64,000 nucleotides of DNA from the NCBI GenBank assembly GCA_964057225.1, contig OZ059894.1:8866001-8930000 (forward strand), in the 5' to 3' direction. Source of the stretch: Auanema rhodensis. Taxonomy: Eukaryota > Animalia > Nematoda. How positions within the stretch are numbered: the first letter of the stretch is position 1; every line of letters starts with the position of its first letter. The notes under the pieces are model-generated. The model worked only from the letters and a program-made list of their open reading frames with translations. It was not told where the DNA came from and did not search any database. Positions 43,020 to 56,181 of the stretch are shown piece by piece. Both the position numbers and the translations under genes were made by a program.

Positions 43020-46000
43020 ATGTGGACTTCTAGAAATAGGAGATCTTATCAAGTTTGTTGTTATAATTATTTTATTTTTTTAATTGATAAAGTATTAGGT
43101 TATCGATGATGGTTATGAAGATTCCATTCCCGAGAACTTCACCGCCGCAGCCGGTCAATCTCTCCACAGTCGTATATTTGGTGGAAGTGAATCTGAACCA
43201 CTGTAATTTGAAATATTTAATTGAGTTTTAAATTTTTTTTAGAATATCTACTAGTCGTGATTCTTATAATTCACCTGGTCATGTGAACCAGCCAACTTTA
43301 GAGCCTCCTCAAATGGGCAGCAGTAGTAGGATTGATGAACGAAGATGGGATCATATTGAAGATTTAGATCAAGTTTGTTGCTCTTTTTTATTCTCAATTT
43401 CTATATAATATTGTAGTTTTTCTCGAGAATTTATGAATATCATCAAGGAGGTGGATTTATGTGCATAACTTTCCGTAAGATTTTGGGTATTCTACAATTT
43501 ATTTTTGTTGTGGTAAGTATTAATTATAAAGCTCTTTTTTAAAACTCTTATAGTTTTTCTCCACTTTCTTCTTGCAATGTGTAAATTATGATGTTATGTT
43601 CGCCAATGTAAATATAACTACTAGTGGTCAAGCTATATCGGGGAAAAGGCATTTCAGTGTAAGTATTAAATTTTTCTTCCTAATGTGTGAAATTGTAATT
43701 ATTTTGTTTTTAGGATGTTGTAATTCCAAATTGCGCAACTCACTTACACCCTTTTGTCGTGCTTTGCTTGTTATTCTCAACTGTATTCTGTATGCTTCGG
43801 ATTGTAAAGTCAATGTATTATATCCTGCAGATGCATGAGGTTTTTGTTTTTTTCCTATAATATTATATATCTCGCTTTAGATAAGCTCTTTCTATGGAAC
43901 TGCTCTTGGAATCACTGATTCCCAACTGGCCAACCTTACCTGGCATTCTGTTGTCAAACAAATTTGCGCCGTACAACCTAGACTGCATTTGACAATTAAT
44001 AAAGATGTACTGGAGCCTGTCGATATCTATAATCGAATTTTACGTTTCAAAAATTATTTTGTTTCCTTTGTTAACCAGGTAATTGTTTTCTAATCTTCCA
44101 GCATTATTCTCTTTATTTCAGCGTATTTTTCCTCCGGTTTTCGACATTCCATTTGTTGGAAAAACTGCCTATCTTCCAAATGGGTTAAAATACAATATAA
44201 AACGTTGTCTATTTCTAAGTTCAACATCTCCTTGGAATGGACCCTGTCTTAAAGAAGATTATAAAGATCCCGAGTTCCTTGATCGTTTAAGCACTCAGAT
44301 GGAGAAGCATGTTAGTTTCTTGCTTTTGTCAGATATAAAGCTTATTATTACAGATTTTGTGGTATGGCATGATTAATTTGGTCTTATTTCCTTTTATTTT
44401 TGTATATCAAATTCTTTATTCATTCTGTGTTATATCAGAAATGATCAAGAAAAATCCAGATTCACTTGGAAGTCGCAGATATTCTAATTTTGGAAGGTAC
44501 ATTCAAGATTGTCTTCCTATATTTTTGCTCATACACATATATTTTCAGATATCGGCTTCGGCACTTCAATGAATTAACACACGAGTTGGATGCCCGTTTG
44601 AACAGATCCCACAATTTTGCCAATGCTTATGTTAATCAATTTTTCTCTCCCCTTTTGAAGGTTTTTCGAGATTCACTGCTTACCCTAAACTAAGAATTGC
44701 TAGGTTATCGCTACCCATATTCGGTTTATGGTAGGAGCTGTTGCTATTGTATTGGGAGCATTAACTATGTGGGACGAGGATGTCATTCAAGTATTTAATA
44801 ACGATTAGAGTATTTGATTCATTTTTCTTTTTTTGAGATTGAACATGTATTGACGGTTATTGCTGTTTGTGGAGGAATCTTTATTTTCTGCAATAGCTTA
44901 ATTCCCGATGAGAATCTAGTTTGGCAACCAGAAGGCCTACTCAATCGAGTAGCATCTGAAATCCATTACGTTCCTGTGGAATGGAAGAATAATGTACTTA
45001 TCTTTCTCTTATTTTAATAATCGAAGTGCTCATATTTAGGCACATACTGAACAAGTTCGGCATGAATTTATGGAACTTTTCCAATTGAAGTGGATGTTTT
45101 TGGTGCATGAATTGTTTAGTCCTATATTCACACCTTTCATTCTTATTTTCTGGTAAACAGTATCAAGATGAAAGTTGTCTAGACACATGTTTCAGGCTCC
45201 GTCCTCGCTGCAGGGAAATTGTTCGTTTTTTCAATGAAAACACAGTTACTGTGCAAGGCTTGGGAGACGTATGTTCCTTTGCTCTACTGGATGTATCGCG
45301 TCATGGTGATCCAACTTGGAGTGGAGTACAAACTTCGCAACGTAATGGTATATTAAGTATTAATAATGAATATCATAATGTTTATTTACAGATGTACGTG
45401 CATTAGATGGAAAAACGGAAATGTCCGTTTTACATTTCATGTCAACTAACCCAGAATGGGTTCCTCCTCCTTCCACAGAACAGTTTATTAAGACTTTCAA
45501 GGATAGAGTAAGAATATCAATGAGCTTATTCTGATTTTATAATTTGAATTTTAGCTTTCTCGTGAAGTAAATGAAATGAACGAAAGTAGAACAAATTTAT
45601 TACGAGAATCTGTTAATTCTCTTCTTCCGACCGGAACAACTGCAGCTACTCCCTTATTAGGTAAATCGTTTATAAGTATTGATTTGAAAGTTATGTTCCA
45701 GGTAACGGTTTACCCAAAATTGATGGACCAGCTCCTCTGTTATGGGATTCTCTGAACAAGAATAATGGTTCATTGGTTGACAGTCTAAGAAGACCAGGTA
45801 TGTGAAGATTAAAAAGCTCTGTTGTATAATTAACATTTGAGAAGCTGACGGTAGTGTCAGTAGTGACCTCCGAGTTCAAACTATGTTTTTACGTGGTATG
45901 CATGATGAAATCAAGCAAAGTATGGCACCTTCAATGTATGGAACAAATGTATATAGTGTAAATAATCCGAGCCGTAGTCTTTTCGAAGTTCCACAATTAC

Positions 46001-46189
46001 GGGATGACAACGAAGGTTGGTTTGCTTCAAAGGATTCTTATATTCGGCTTTGTAGATTCACAAGTGGACACCGAAACAAGAAGTCGACTTGTCCAGAGAG
46101 GCGCTCCTCCAGTCACCTACGATGAACGAGAGGAAGATGAAGCCGACCACAACGATGATCAGCCACCCACTTCTTTTATGGGTGTTTGA
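43020..46189 (+). CDS. atg-9: Autophagy protein ATG-9
   Basis: RWDHIEDLDQFFSRIYEYHQGGGF; FLQCVNYD; NRILRFKNYF; RHFNELTHELDARLNRS; GLGDVCSFA; DGKTEMSVLHF. Confidence 0.95.
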
Positions 46190-46466
46190 AGTTTTAAACT
46201 TGTAAAAATTGTATTTAATTTCATTAACAAAACCTGTTTCTCACTTTGGCTTTCTGTACATATAGGTTCTTAAAATTTTCATTCAGTAGTAAGATCAGGT
46301 ATTTCAAAGCGTGTGCTTAGGTGTCTCTCATTTTATTCATTTCGAGGCAGTATTTTGATTCTTATTTTGAACCTGTGAAACACACTGGGTTAGCCTAGTC
46401 TCCAGTTTGCTCAATTAACATTGCACTTTCTTTAACATCTTATCATTTTTTATCAATTTTGGTAGC

Positions 46467-46564
46467 AATAAAAATTGCCTTTCTTTGTAGTGGTTAAACA
46501 TTATTGTTTCATCGAGAAATACCTTCTTTTCATGAATTTTTCTCTCAAGTTTTTAACGTTTTAG
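46467..46564 (+). promoter_or_regulatory. Operon intercistronic region: poly(A) signal, Ur element and trans-splice acceptor
   Basis: AATAAA at 46467-46472; stem-loop TTTC-ATCGA-GAAA followed by TACCTT (UAYYUU) at 46507-46525; TTTTAG immediately before ATG 46565. Confidence 0.7.
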
Positions 46565-47931
46565 ATGAAACCTAAATCTGTTCAAAAAATACCTTCAAAA
46601 AGGAAGCAGGTAATCACGCTTTCTTCTCGAGAGACTGATGATTAATTGCAGGAAGTGGATTGTGAAGATGACGAACAAATTAGCCAAATCAAGCAAAAAA
46701 AGATAACCAAAACCAAGAAAATTAAAAAGGTGAAGAAGGTTGTTGAGGAGGAAGTTACAGAAGAAGTTGCGGACGAAATTGCGGATGAAGTTACGGAAGA
46801 GAAGGATGTTAATGATGATCCTTCCGGTTCCGAGGACGAAGAGGATATATCAGAAAAGTTCAGACAAAGTTTGCGAATACCGTTACTGCTCTTTCACAGT
46901 TTCTCTTGTTTTCAGATATGGCTAACCTCCCTCTTAGTAAAGTACGAGAATTAAAAGATAAATTAGGTATTAAACTTTTCAACAAAGCTTATTTTGGTAT
47001 ATCCGATGAGAAAAGCACTAGTGAATCCCAAAAAAAAGAATCAAGTTCTTTCACAGCCAAGGTTTTTTAACTTGAAAATAAGTGTCATTTTCTGATGTTT
47101 CTCTTTTTAGCCTAAGGCCCAGCATCGACCAAAAGAAATTTCATCAAGAAAGAAAGTCTCCGTCTTTAGAAATATTTATCCTGAAGCTCAAGACAAAAGG
47201 TGAGTTTTTTAAAATTGTTATAATTTACTTCTGTCTATTCATCAGAAAGAGAGATCCACGGTTCGACGAACGAGGAGGAACATTCAAAGAATGGTGCTTT
47301 GAAGACAACTATCAATTCTTAAATGATATTAGGAAAGAAGAAAAAGATGTAAGTTCATTACTTATTAGTATCAAATAGGTCAGGTAATACGGTATTTTAT
47401 TTTTTAATTGCATTGTCGGCATAAACGGTTGAGCTTTTTAATGTGAAACAATTTTATAACTCAATGTAATTATTTTTTCAGGAGCTCAAGAGACAATTAA
47501 AGCATGCTGTTGAAAACGATGATGTTGAAACAACTGGAAAGATTTCTGAGGTTTGGCTACAACTTTGTTTTTTCCTTTACATCTGTTTTAGGCTATTCGT
47601 CGACTGGATGATCAGGAAAGAGCTCGAAAGGAGAAACAATTAAAGAAGGATGCTATGAAAGAAATTCGTGAAGAAAATATAGGAAGAATGATGGCCGGAG
47701 AAAGGCCAGTCTTCAAAACTAGAGGTAAATTTGTTGTAATACAGAGCCTTTTCATCAAATTCCTTGTTTGCAGCTGAAGTACGCATGAAGGTGATTGAGA
47801 AGAAATATGATCAGCTAAAGGGAGAGAACAAATTGGGCAAGTATTTAAAGAAGAGCGCTCAGAAGAAAGCCCAAAAAGAGAAAAGACAAAAACCACCCAT
47901 AGGTTTCGAACAAAAGTATGGTTACCAATAA
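46565..47931 (+). CDS. RRP36: rRNA processing protein RRP36 (DUF947)
   Basis: Acidic/basic N-terminus; HRPKEISSRKKVSVFR; KRDPRFDERGG; NYQFLNDIRKEE; GERPVFK; KYDQLKGENKLGKYL. Confidence 0.88.
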
Positions 47932-48011
47932 TTTGTTGTTGTTTTTGTTTTCAATTGTTATGTTGTTGATAAAATTATTTTATTGATATCAATATATGTT
48001 ATATGTACAAT

Positions 48012-49673
48012 TTATTCCTGCTTTACATCAGAAGAACACTGAACTTTTACAGGGAACCATGTTGATCCTGGGTTAGTGAAACGAATAATATATTCTCCTG
48101 GAGCAACCATTACAGAACCTGATTCAGGCAACTGAAATTTAATGATTTATAAGAATGAGAGATGGAGACCTTACTTTAAGAGATGCGATAGTTATTTTTG
48201 GCCAAACGTGCTTTTCTTTTCCACTTTCCCTCTTCAAAATTTCAAACTGGACATCTCCGCTGGTCGTGAAACTCCATATTAATTGGCCAGATGACGAAGT
48301 TTTTCTAAAGACAAAAGGTTAAAATGAGAGAACGAGATTGTACTTCATACTTGATAATTTCATGACTGTGAAGGCTTTTAATGCTCATGCTTTTAGCGGC
48401 TGGAGGTTGAACAAATCCATTTTCGGTCCAGATGAAATCAGACTGTAAAAATAATAATGATGAAACTTCCCATATCACTTATATACTTGTTTGATATGAG
48501 AAGGAAGAACAGCAAGAGGTTCTCGACAACACCCTTCGGGTGGATTTGAATAGCCGCTGTTATCAACCCATGTTCCACCATATTGTTTAGGAATAACCTT
48601 AAACATTTTTCTCATATTATATGTCATTTCCACTATATATTACTTGTGGCTCTAAGTAAAACTTCAAATCTTCTGGTGAGTTAAGGAATGATATTCTGGA
48701 CAATGTTCGGGGATCCATGATCAATTTAGTAATTTTCCACATTAAAGAGACAATTCCTGGAGGATTTATAATCAATATTTTACACATCTGAAGTAATAAA
48801 ATTCAATTAGTATATTATTAGAAAAATTTTTGTTTTTACATTTTCACTGAAATAGTCTGCCCAAACTTTTACTACGGTTTTGGCTAGTTTAACTTGTGGA
48901 GATAATGGATTGATAAACTCAGAAATGTTCAATCCAGCAAGGTCCAAAACACAAACAACGGAAGATGGTTTCCCTAAAAACATCTGATATTAGTATATTA
49001 TTCAATAAGTGTCATTTTATCTGAGGGAAAATTAACAAACCAGTTTTTTTTTCAGTATTCGCTACTACGCGTCCGAATACATCTTGGAGCAAGAAATAGG
49101 AATGAACAACATGAGAAAGAGGAAGAATTTTCATAATCTAGATAGAATCTTTAAAAATCAAAATTCAAAATTTACTCACTTGGGTCAAATCTGTTCCTTC
49201 TAATTTTTGAACAAACACATGAACATTATTTGAAACAAGATTCTGTTCAACAAGAGAAATATTGAAGCGCTTAAATGTTATTTATAAATAATAATCTTTT
49301 CTATGTGATCAGTTACTTCGAATGTCTCTTTTCCGATTGGAATTTCATTGAAAATACCCAGTTGGTTATATTCTCCGTATCGCAGACAGCTACGATGTGT
49401 AAGATATTCTGAGAGTCGTTCTCTGGCTGGAAAACGAAACATAGCAAACAAATCTTCAAATGAATAACTTGCATACCTAATTGAACATCTCCATTGTTGG
49501 CATTTAAGAATCGAGCAATAAAGAAGGGTGAATCAAGAGCAGCTGGAATATCGAAGACTTTTCTAAACAGAAGGTACATTACATGTCTGTAGATATATAC
49601 AAATATACCTGAGTTCGGCAGCTTTGTCTAATATTTCAGATGAAAATGGCTGAGGAGTAATCGATTCCACCAT
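48012..49673 (-). CDS. SEC14-like CRAL-TRIO plus GOLD domain protein
   Basis: FIARFLNANNGD; VVCVLDLAGL; ILIINPP; IPKQYGG; GOLD-like WSFTTSGDVQF..PGEYIIRFTN. Confidence 0.85.
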
Positions 49674-52600
49674 TTTTGAGTCGGTAAGTAGAAATGGACT
49701 GGAAAATGACTTCGTTAGTCTTATATTCTTACGGCTTCCTCAAAACTTCAACTTGTAAGAAATATATCAAAAAATATAATTCAGGTGGTCACCAAATAAC
49801 AATAGAAGAAGAATGAAAACACTAAGGAGTGCGAGAATCCTTAGAGGAAGAAATGATGAAGAATGACATGTAAGACCTGTTTTCCATAAACGGCTTGTAT
49901 AGGAAGAGAGGTGATGTATAGATTGGTTGGAGAGGGGGGGGGGTTAGTTAAGGTTATGCTAACCAAGACAAAGAATAGAAGTGATAATCATAAGATTCTT
50001 TTAGTTTATACCTTTCTGAGAGTACAGAATGCGTTATGTGATAGCCAAACTACTAGTTCGTCTAGAAAGTTAAGTAAATGAATTGACGCACAACAGATGC
50101 AACAGTATGTTTGTGTATCTTTGATATGACCGACATTAGTTTGAAGCTTGTGATTTACTTGAAAGAATAATAGGCATAGTTAAGGTTAGAACAATATATA
50201 ATTAGTTATGTATGATTGATTAGTTATTGAATTCAAGCAATGAGTACGTACTGCAAAAATGAATGTATGAACATCTTCAACAATAGTATAAAAGCTTATT
50301 GTGGTAATAACCGAAAGTGAAAAAGACATTCGACAATTTCATGGAGAATAGCACATAACAAATGGAAACTGACGTCAGAAAGTTCGAGGTCAGTCCGGAA
50401 AACGACAAGTTTTGATCCAATAACTTTACAATTTCATGCGACAATCAATGGTATTCAATTTCCCAAACAATTTTGAAGACAGAGAGATCAGGAGATAGAA
50501 AAAGTTATAATGTTATGTTAAACTAATCTTTCGATGAAATGTTGTTATAATATGTTCAGATGGTCTGAAAGAAGCAGGATATGCTAAGGGTAAATATATA
50601 TATAATATTTGGTATATATGTACAAAAGAGAGAGAGTAGCCTTTGTTTCCGAGTAACTACTATCACTTTTACCAACAAAAACGTTTACATTTGTGAGAAG
50701 AATGGTATTATTGTTTACTGTGGCACGAAGAAGTCAGTCGTTCGAATCGGGGTCTTCGGAGGTCGGTTTTAGAGCTCAATTACAGTCCGGTCAAATTGCA
50801 AAAAGGCTGATGAATACGTATAATTGGGAGGAATCTATTCCATTTTTTTTTATTTCAGAAACATTGACTTACTTATGAAATGGAGGATTTTGCTGAAAAG
50901 AAGAAAACACAAATTCAAATAAATCTTTTTGCAATAGAAATAACTACAACAAGATAAACAGATCAAAGAAGAAGATCAAATATCTAGTCAAGTTCATATT
51001 TTTGTAATGTTCTTACTAATAAAATGTAGCGTATATAGTACATAGTGACAAAAGAATAATATCTTTCGTTTAAATATTTTCTTTAGATATACAAATAATG
51101 AAAATGCAACCAGATGCACAAAAAAAGTTAATTAAAATGAATATTCACGTTCACGTTCACGTGAAATTCTCACGTAAAAAGCAAAATAGCTTATGTTCAA
51201 AAGTGTCAACAGCAGATTATTTTTCTTTAATGAACTTTACTAATCATGTGGTAGGAAAGAGTTGTTCGATTATTATCATTATAATGAAATTGATGGAGAA
51301 GTTACCCCAACACGTGCAAGAAATGAAAGGAGAGAATAACGAAAGGCCACTGATGATCACAAGAGTCTTCAAATGATTAAAACGACGGCGAAATAAGAAG
51401 TTTTCGACATGCTCTTTCGCGGGATCGAAATCCTTTATGTGTGAGTTTATCACGTTATCCTGATTTTTCGAAATTTCTTGATAAAATGATAGAGTGATTA
51501 ACGATATATGCTAGTTCTTGACCGTTGTGATGCTACATATGACACAATGATCTTGTTTCTGTTTCAAGCGATTGAAATCAAGTTTTAAGCCTAATCCTGC
51601 AAAGCTATTTAACTAATTTCAATAACGAAATGAATCTAAACTACATATACATGTATGTATACTGATAGAAAAATCCTATATTCAATAAATATAGTTATAA
51701 GATATTTATAAATCGACTTCAGATAATAATAGAAGTGCTTTTAAACTTTATTTCCTTTGAAGTAATCTGGTTTCTACCAAGGAGTTTCTCAAGATAGATC
51801 GTCATAGTATACAGTCCTTAAAGAAAGTAATGCGGAAGAATATCCTGATGGCATTAATGAAAACGAATTAAAACTAAAATTGGTAACCGCGCATGAAAAT
51901 GACCTTGTTAGCTATGCTAGTTATGCGATATCAGCCGTCTGTTATATTCGCGAAAAATAGGTATATACACGTTATTAGATACATATAGCATGTATATACA
52001 ACTAAATGAAGATGAAGTAACTTTAGAATTATGAATGTATACGTTGTTACCGTATTCTTCATATACAAGAGAAATGATGGATTTTCAATGAGTTAAGCAT
52101 CACGCTCAATGCACACAATTTGCAACTTTAACTGTTTTTTAAAGAAGAGCTATGAAAATGAGATGTAGTTATACGATATATAACTCGTTTATATAATTCA
52201 GCGATAATAGAGCAATCCGATAACAGGCTAAGGAAAACAGATTTACTATGTGAACCAAATAGATCAGCTGATGGTGATAAGAGAAACCTGTGTCGTACTG
52301 GCCATATCATTCGTGGTAATTTGAAATTACAAAAGTTACAACGTCATACAACATCATTCAAATCGCTTCTCTCTGCCTCTAGCGCATATGATCTATGTGT
52401 CTTTCGGACAGCAGCTGTCGGAACGTGTACAAGGGCTAATTTTGAAAAAACATTTATTTTTCACATCAATGACCTCAAACAACATACTATATATGAAGAG
52501 AAGAACATCTAAGATGTTTGTGTTTTCTTCATATTATAAGTAATTACATACACGTTGAATCATCAGACATCAATGTATGCCAAAAAAATATATTATACTA

Positions 52601-53799
52601 AATATTATTAATGATTACTTATATAGATAATTATATTATTTGAAAAAAAAAAAGAAGGAAAAAAATAAATTTAAATGTTGTTAGGTATATTAAATTTTCG
52701 AAAAAATAGTTATGGTTTAGTGTTTCATAAATGTGAAGCTCTTAACTATATGAAAGATAATATATAATGATAAGAAAAATAATATAATATTATATCATAT
52801 AAACTTTTATTATAATTATCTAATGTTCCAATTTTGTCTGATTTTTTATGATAAAACTAATTATAAAACCCCTTATTATAACAAAAAAATATATATAAAT
52901 CAAGACATTTTTAAAGCTAATTATATGAAATTGAAAGAAGTATTCGAATACTTTATCTAGAACATACAACCGTTTTGTTATATTTTGAATGCAACCGCTC
53001 TCTTTTGTGAATAAAATAAAAATGAAATTGACTTTTGATCGTATAACACGTTAATCTGATGCAATATGCAAATTATTTGTGATATTGTTTTGTATCAGAT
53101 ATGATAAATAAAAATAAAAATGTTAATTATAATTGCCAATTATAACATTGATTTACATTTCATCAATTTAACTATAATTCGGGATGATCTGAAATTTAAT
53201 CTAAACTTCAGGAAGTATTATATTGAATTTGTATGATATAATCATATAAATTAAATTCATAACTATCACTATATTCGTCTCAATTTCACCATTTCAAATA
53301 CAAACATTTTTATTTATTCTTATTTATTTTTAATTATTTAATATTTTCAGTTTGAAATATAAAGCCCATTGGCTATTTGTTGCTTAATGTTGAGCTTGTT
53401 CATAATTTTAATTTGTTGTTACCGTTATGTTATGGATGTTAGCACCGGAAATGATAAAACGTAAGCCGAAATAAATAATAATCTGAACATCAATTTCAAA
53501 TATATATACGTATGTATATGGTAGATAATTATAATAAATAAGTTATTGAACTGTTCATTTTCATGCTTTTTCGGTTATAAAAGAAGACAACTTGATGAGC
53601 ATAACGTGAACATGTGTCATGAGCTGTCAAGTATACGATAGATATGCCAATGGCTTTTCAGCAAAAACTATATAAGAAGCCAGATTAAACAGTCAAATAT
53701 GAGTTAAAACACTATAAGCTTTATTCACTCATCATATTATGTGTATCATATTGTGTTTTCTTTCTTCGAATACAATACTGTTTCAATTTTTAGAGCAGC

Positions 53800-54581
53800 A
53801 TGGACGGAAGCAGCCCCTTCTTTTCACATAATACTCAACATCACCAACATGCGCATCTTCAACGGCATAGCTCTATATTATATATGGTATTTCTTTATAA
53901 AAATATGTCTCTGACACATAAATATATATTTACAGAGCCCACAAACACCTAATAGTCGTCATTCATTTAATAATTATCAAGTTTTTAATCACTCAATTGC
54001 CTCACCATGTAAGTCTTTCCAATATTACGTTTTACTATTTGAAATCAAATATGTTAATGATCTTTACAAAACTGTTCATTTCAGATACTCCATCAACACT
54101 TTCCTTGTCTAAACCACCACTCATGACACATCTGGGCTTATTAACTCCATTTCCTTCACCCCAATATCAATTATTCTATAATATCCCAACAACACCAGTT
54201 CAGGAACAGGTAGCTTATACGAACTTATTGTTTAAATAAATTTCTAATTCTGGTGTTAGGTATTTCCATTATCACCATGTTACACTCCACCTACCACTTC
54301 TTCCACACCATCTTCTACATGCAAGCCCCAAGAAACACGGTAAGCTTTCTTGAACTTAATGAATCGCATAATAGTGGGTTAACAATTATAATAATTTTTT
54401 CTTATTCAGAAGAATAGAAACTCCACCTCCTGTGCTTACTGCTGAATTACCTATAAATTATGATGACTATGTATGTGATGATGTTAATGATGATGGCCCA
54501 CCATCTCTTCTTGCCGGCTCTGCTATCCCTCCGCTCTCACAAAAAAGCTTAGATTTTTCAATTCAAAGGCTTCTTTGTTAG
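53800..54581 (+). CDS. Small Ser/Pro/Thr-rich orphan protein (~178 aa) ending in an eh1-like motif FSIQRLL
   Basis: Five exons (53800-53886, 53936-54008, 54085-54209, 54260-54339, 54410-54581) join with consistent phases into 179 codons. TTTTTAG acceptor lies just upstream of the ATG. Confidence 0.65.
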
Positions 54582-54987
54582 CAATCTATTTATATATTTA
54601 ATTATGCTATTTATAGTTTTATCATGTGTATTATAATAATTACTATGTGTTTTATATATTAAACATTGATCTATGTACGATGGATGAACTATCGTGAAAT
54701 ATAATAAAAATTTAATTCATTAAATTGATCTTTGGAATCTTTTTTTTTTAATTTTAAAGAAAGTATTTTAATATTAGTGACTTAGTTTCATCATTTGATT
54801 CAATTTTAATATAATAACATCGGTTTTTAGGTAATGCATTTATGTATATTCCCTCCATACGCGTCAATTTCACATATACTTAGTGATATTAATGAATTAA
54901 AGTATTGAGCTAGTAGGATCAAAGTACAAAAATGGACTGAAGTTCTGATGTTTTAGCATGGAGAGGCATACAAAGTCGGGAAAGGAA

Positions 54988-54989
<2 letters not shown>

Positions 54990-55019
<30 letters not shown>
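54990..55019. repeat. (AG)15 microsatellite
   Basis: Directly visible. Confidence 0.95.
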
Positions 55020-55024
<5 letters not shown>

Positions 55025-55340
55025 TGAAAAAGAGAGAGAGGAAGAGAGAGAAATACTGGCGTCAAGGTAGACAACAAAGAAGGATATTCAAGAGAACAGC
55101 AAAGTAGAGAACTTGAGTTGTAATTGAGCAAAAAATGAATGATATGTCTTGAATAAGATGAAGAAAAAGAAGGACAAATTCTTGAATAAACTAATGTTGT
55201 AGGGAAACTAGGATTTATGAACAAAAACGTTGGAGAAAGAAGAAGAATGAGAAAAATGTGACGTGAGACAGAGAAAAGGAAAGACCCGTTAACACTGGCT
55301 ACTTGTTCTCAAGCTGTTAAAAACAGATGAAGCTTGTCAA

Positions 55341-56133
55341 TAGTATACAAATGGTTGACGCTGGACGGTTTTTTCCGAGGTGTCTTTATGAGGGACAGCA
55401 ACCGAAGCCGAAAGAAAATGAACAAAATGAAGGAATTTCGACGTTAACAAGCTGACCGTGTCAACCGCCTTGGTATGTTTTCTTAAAATATTTATTTTGT
55501 TTTGGTCTATTAATAGTTTTTTGTTAATTTTGATTTTTTTCAGACTGATTTAGGAGCTACCCGTATCAGCGATACTGTCTTCAAGTTTGATCATTGGGAA
55601 ACGATGCATGCTGCTAAGAGGCATATGTGGATCAATATGAGATGGTGTTTCTATCATCTACATCTTCCTATGGCTCAACAAAACAACATTAGTCAACAGC
55701 GGACGATTACAACCACAGCGATTACTTGGTTTCCGGACACGACAGGCAAATTGATTATCATGCCATATAAATTCTTTGAATTGTAAACTTTTTGTGTCTT
55801 AAAAGTGGTAATTGGAATTAAATTATTATTTATTCATTTATTTTACTAATTCACCGTTCTTCAAGATTCAAATGTTATTAAACTTGGTAAGGTTTTATCG
55901 AATCTTAGATTCTCAGGCACTCCTGAAGGAGCTTGCGACGCAGAACCTCCGTATTTGTCTAGCTTCGCCATTTATTGAACATTATTTTTATAAAGTGACG
56001 TTTTTCAAAAATGACTGATTTTCGATGAGCTTAGACACTTTTTTTTGATGAAAATAAGCGTTTAAATAGTCAAAAAGTGCAAAAAACGTCATTTGGGCAA
56101 AATGACCGTCCAGCGTCAACCATTTGTATACTA
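55341..56133. mobile_element. Non-autonomous TIR DNA element (~793 bp)
   Basis: Perfect 29-bp inverted repeats: TAGTATACAAATGGTTGACGCTGGACGGT (55341-55369) and its reverse complement (56105-56133). No transposase-length ORF. Confidence 0.75.
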
Positions 56134-56181
56134 CTCTTGTCCAAGTATTCAGATTCAAGTTGTACACGTAGGTGTAAAGCT

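Noticed and set aside
53351-53460. Exon-like segment with a strong acceptor and donor upstream of the eh1 gene
   Set aside because: It joins out of frame with the downstream ORF. It could be a 5' UTR exon but is not supportable as coding.
54919-55224. 101-aa minus-strand ORF
   Set aside because: Low-complexity artefact of the AG microsatellite and purine-rich tract.
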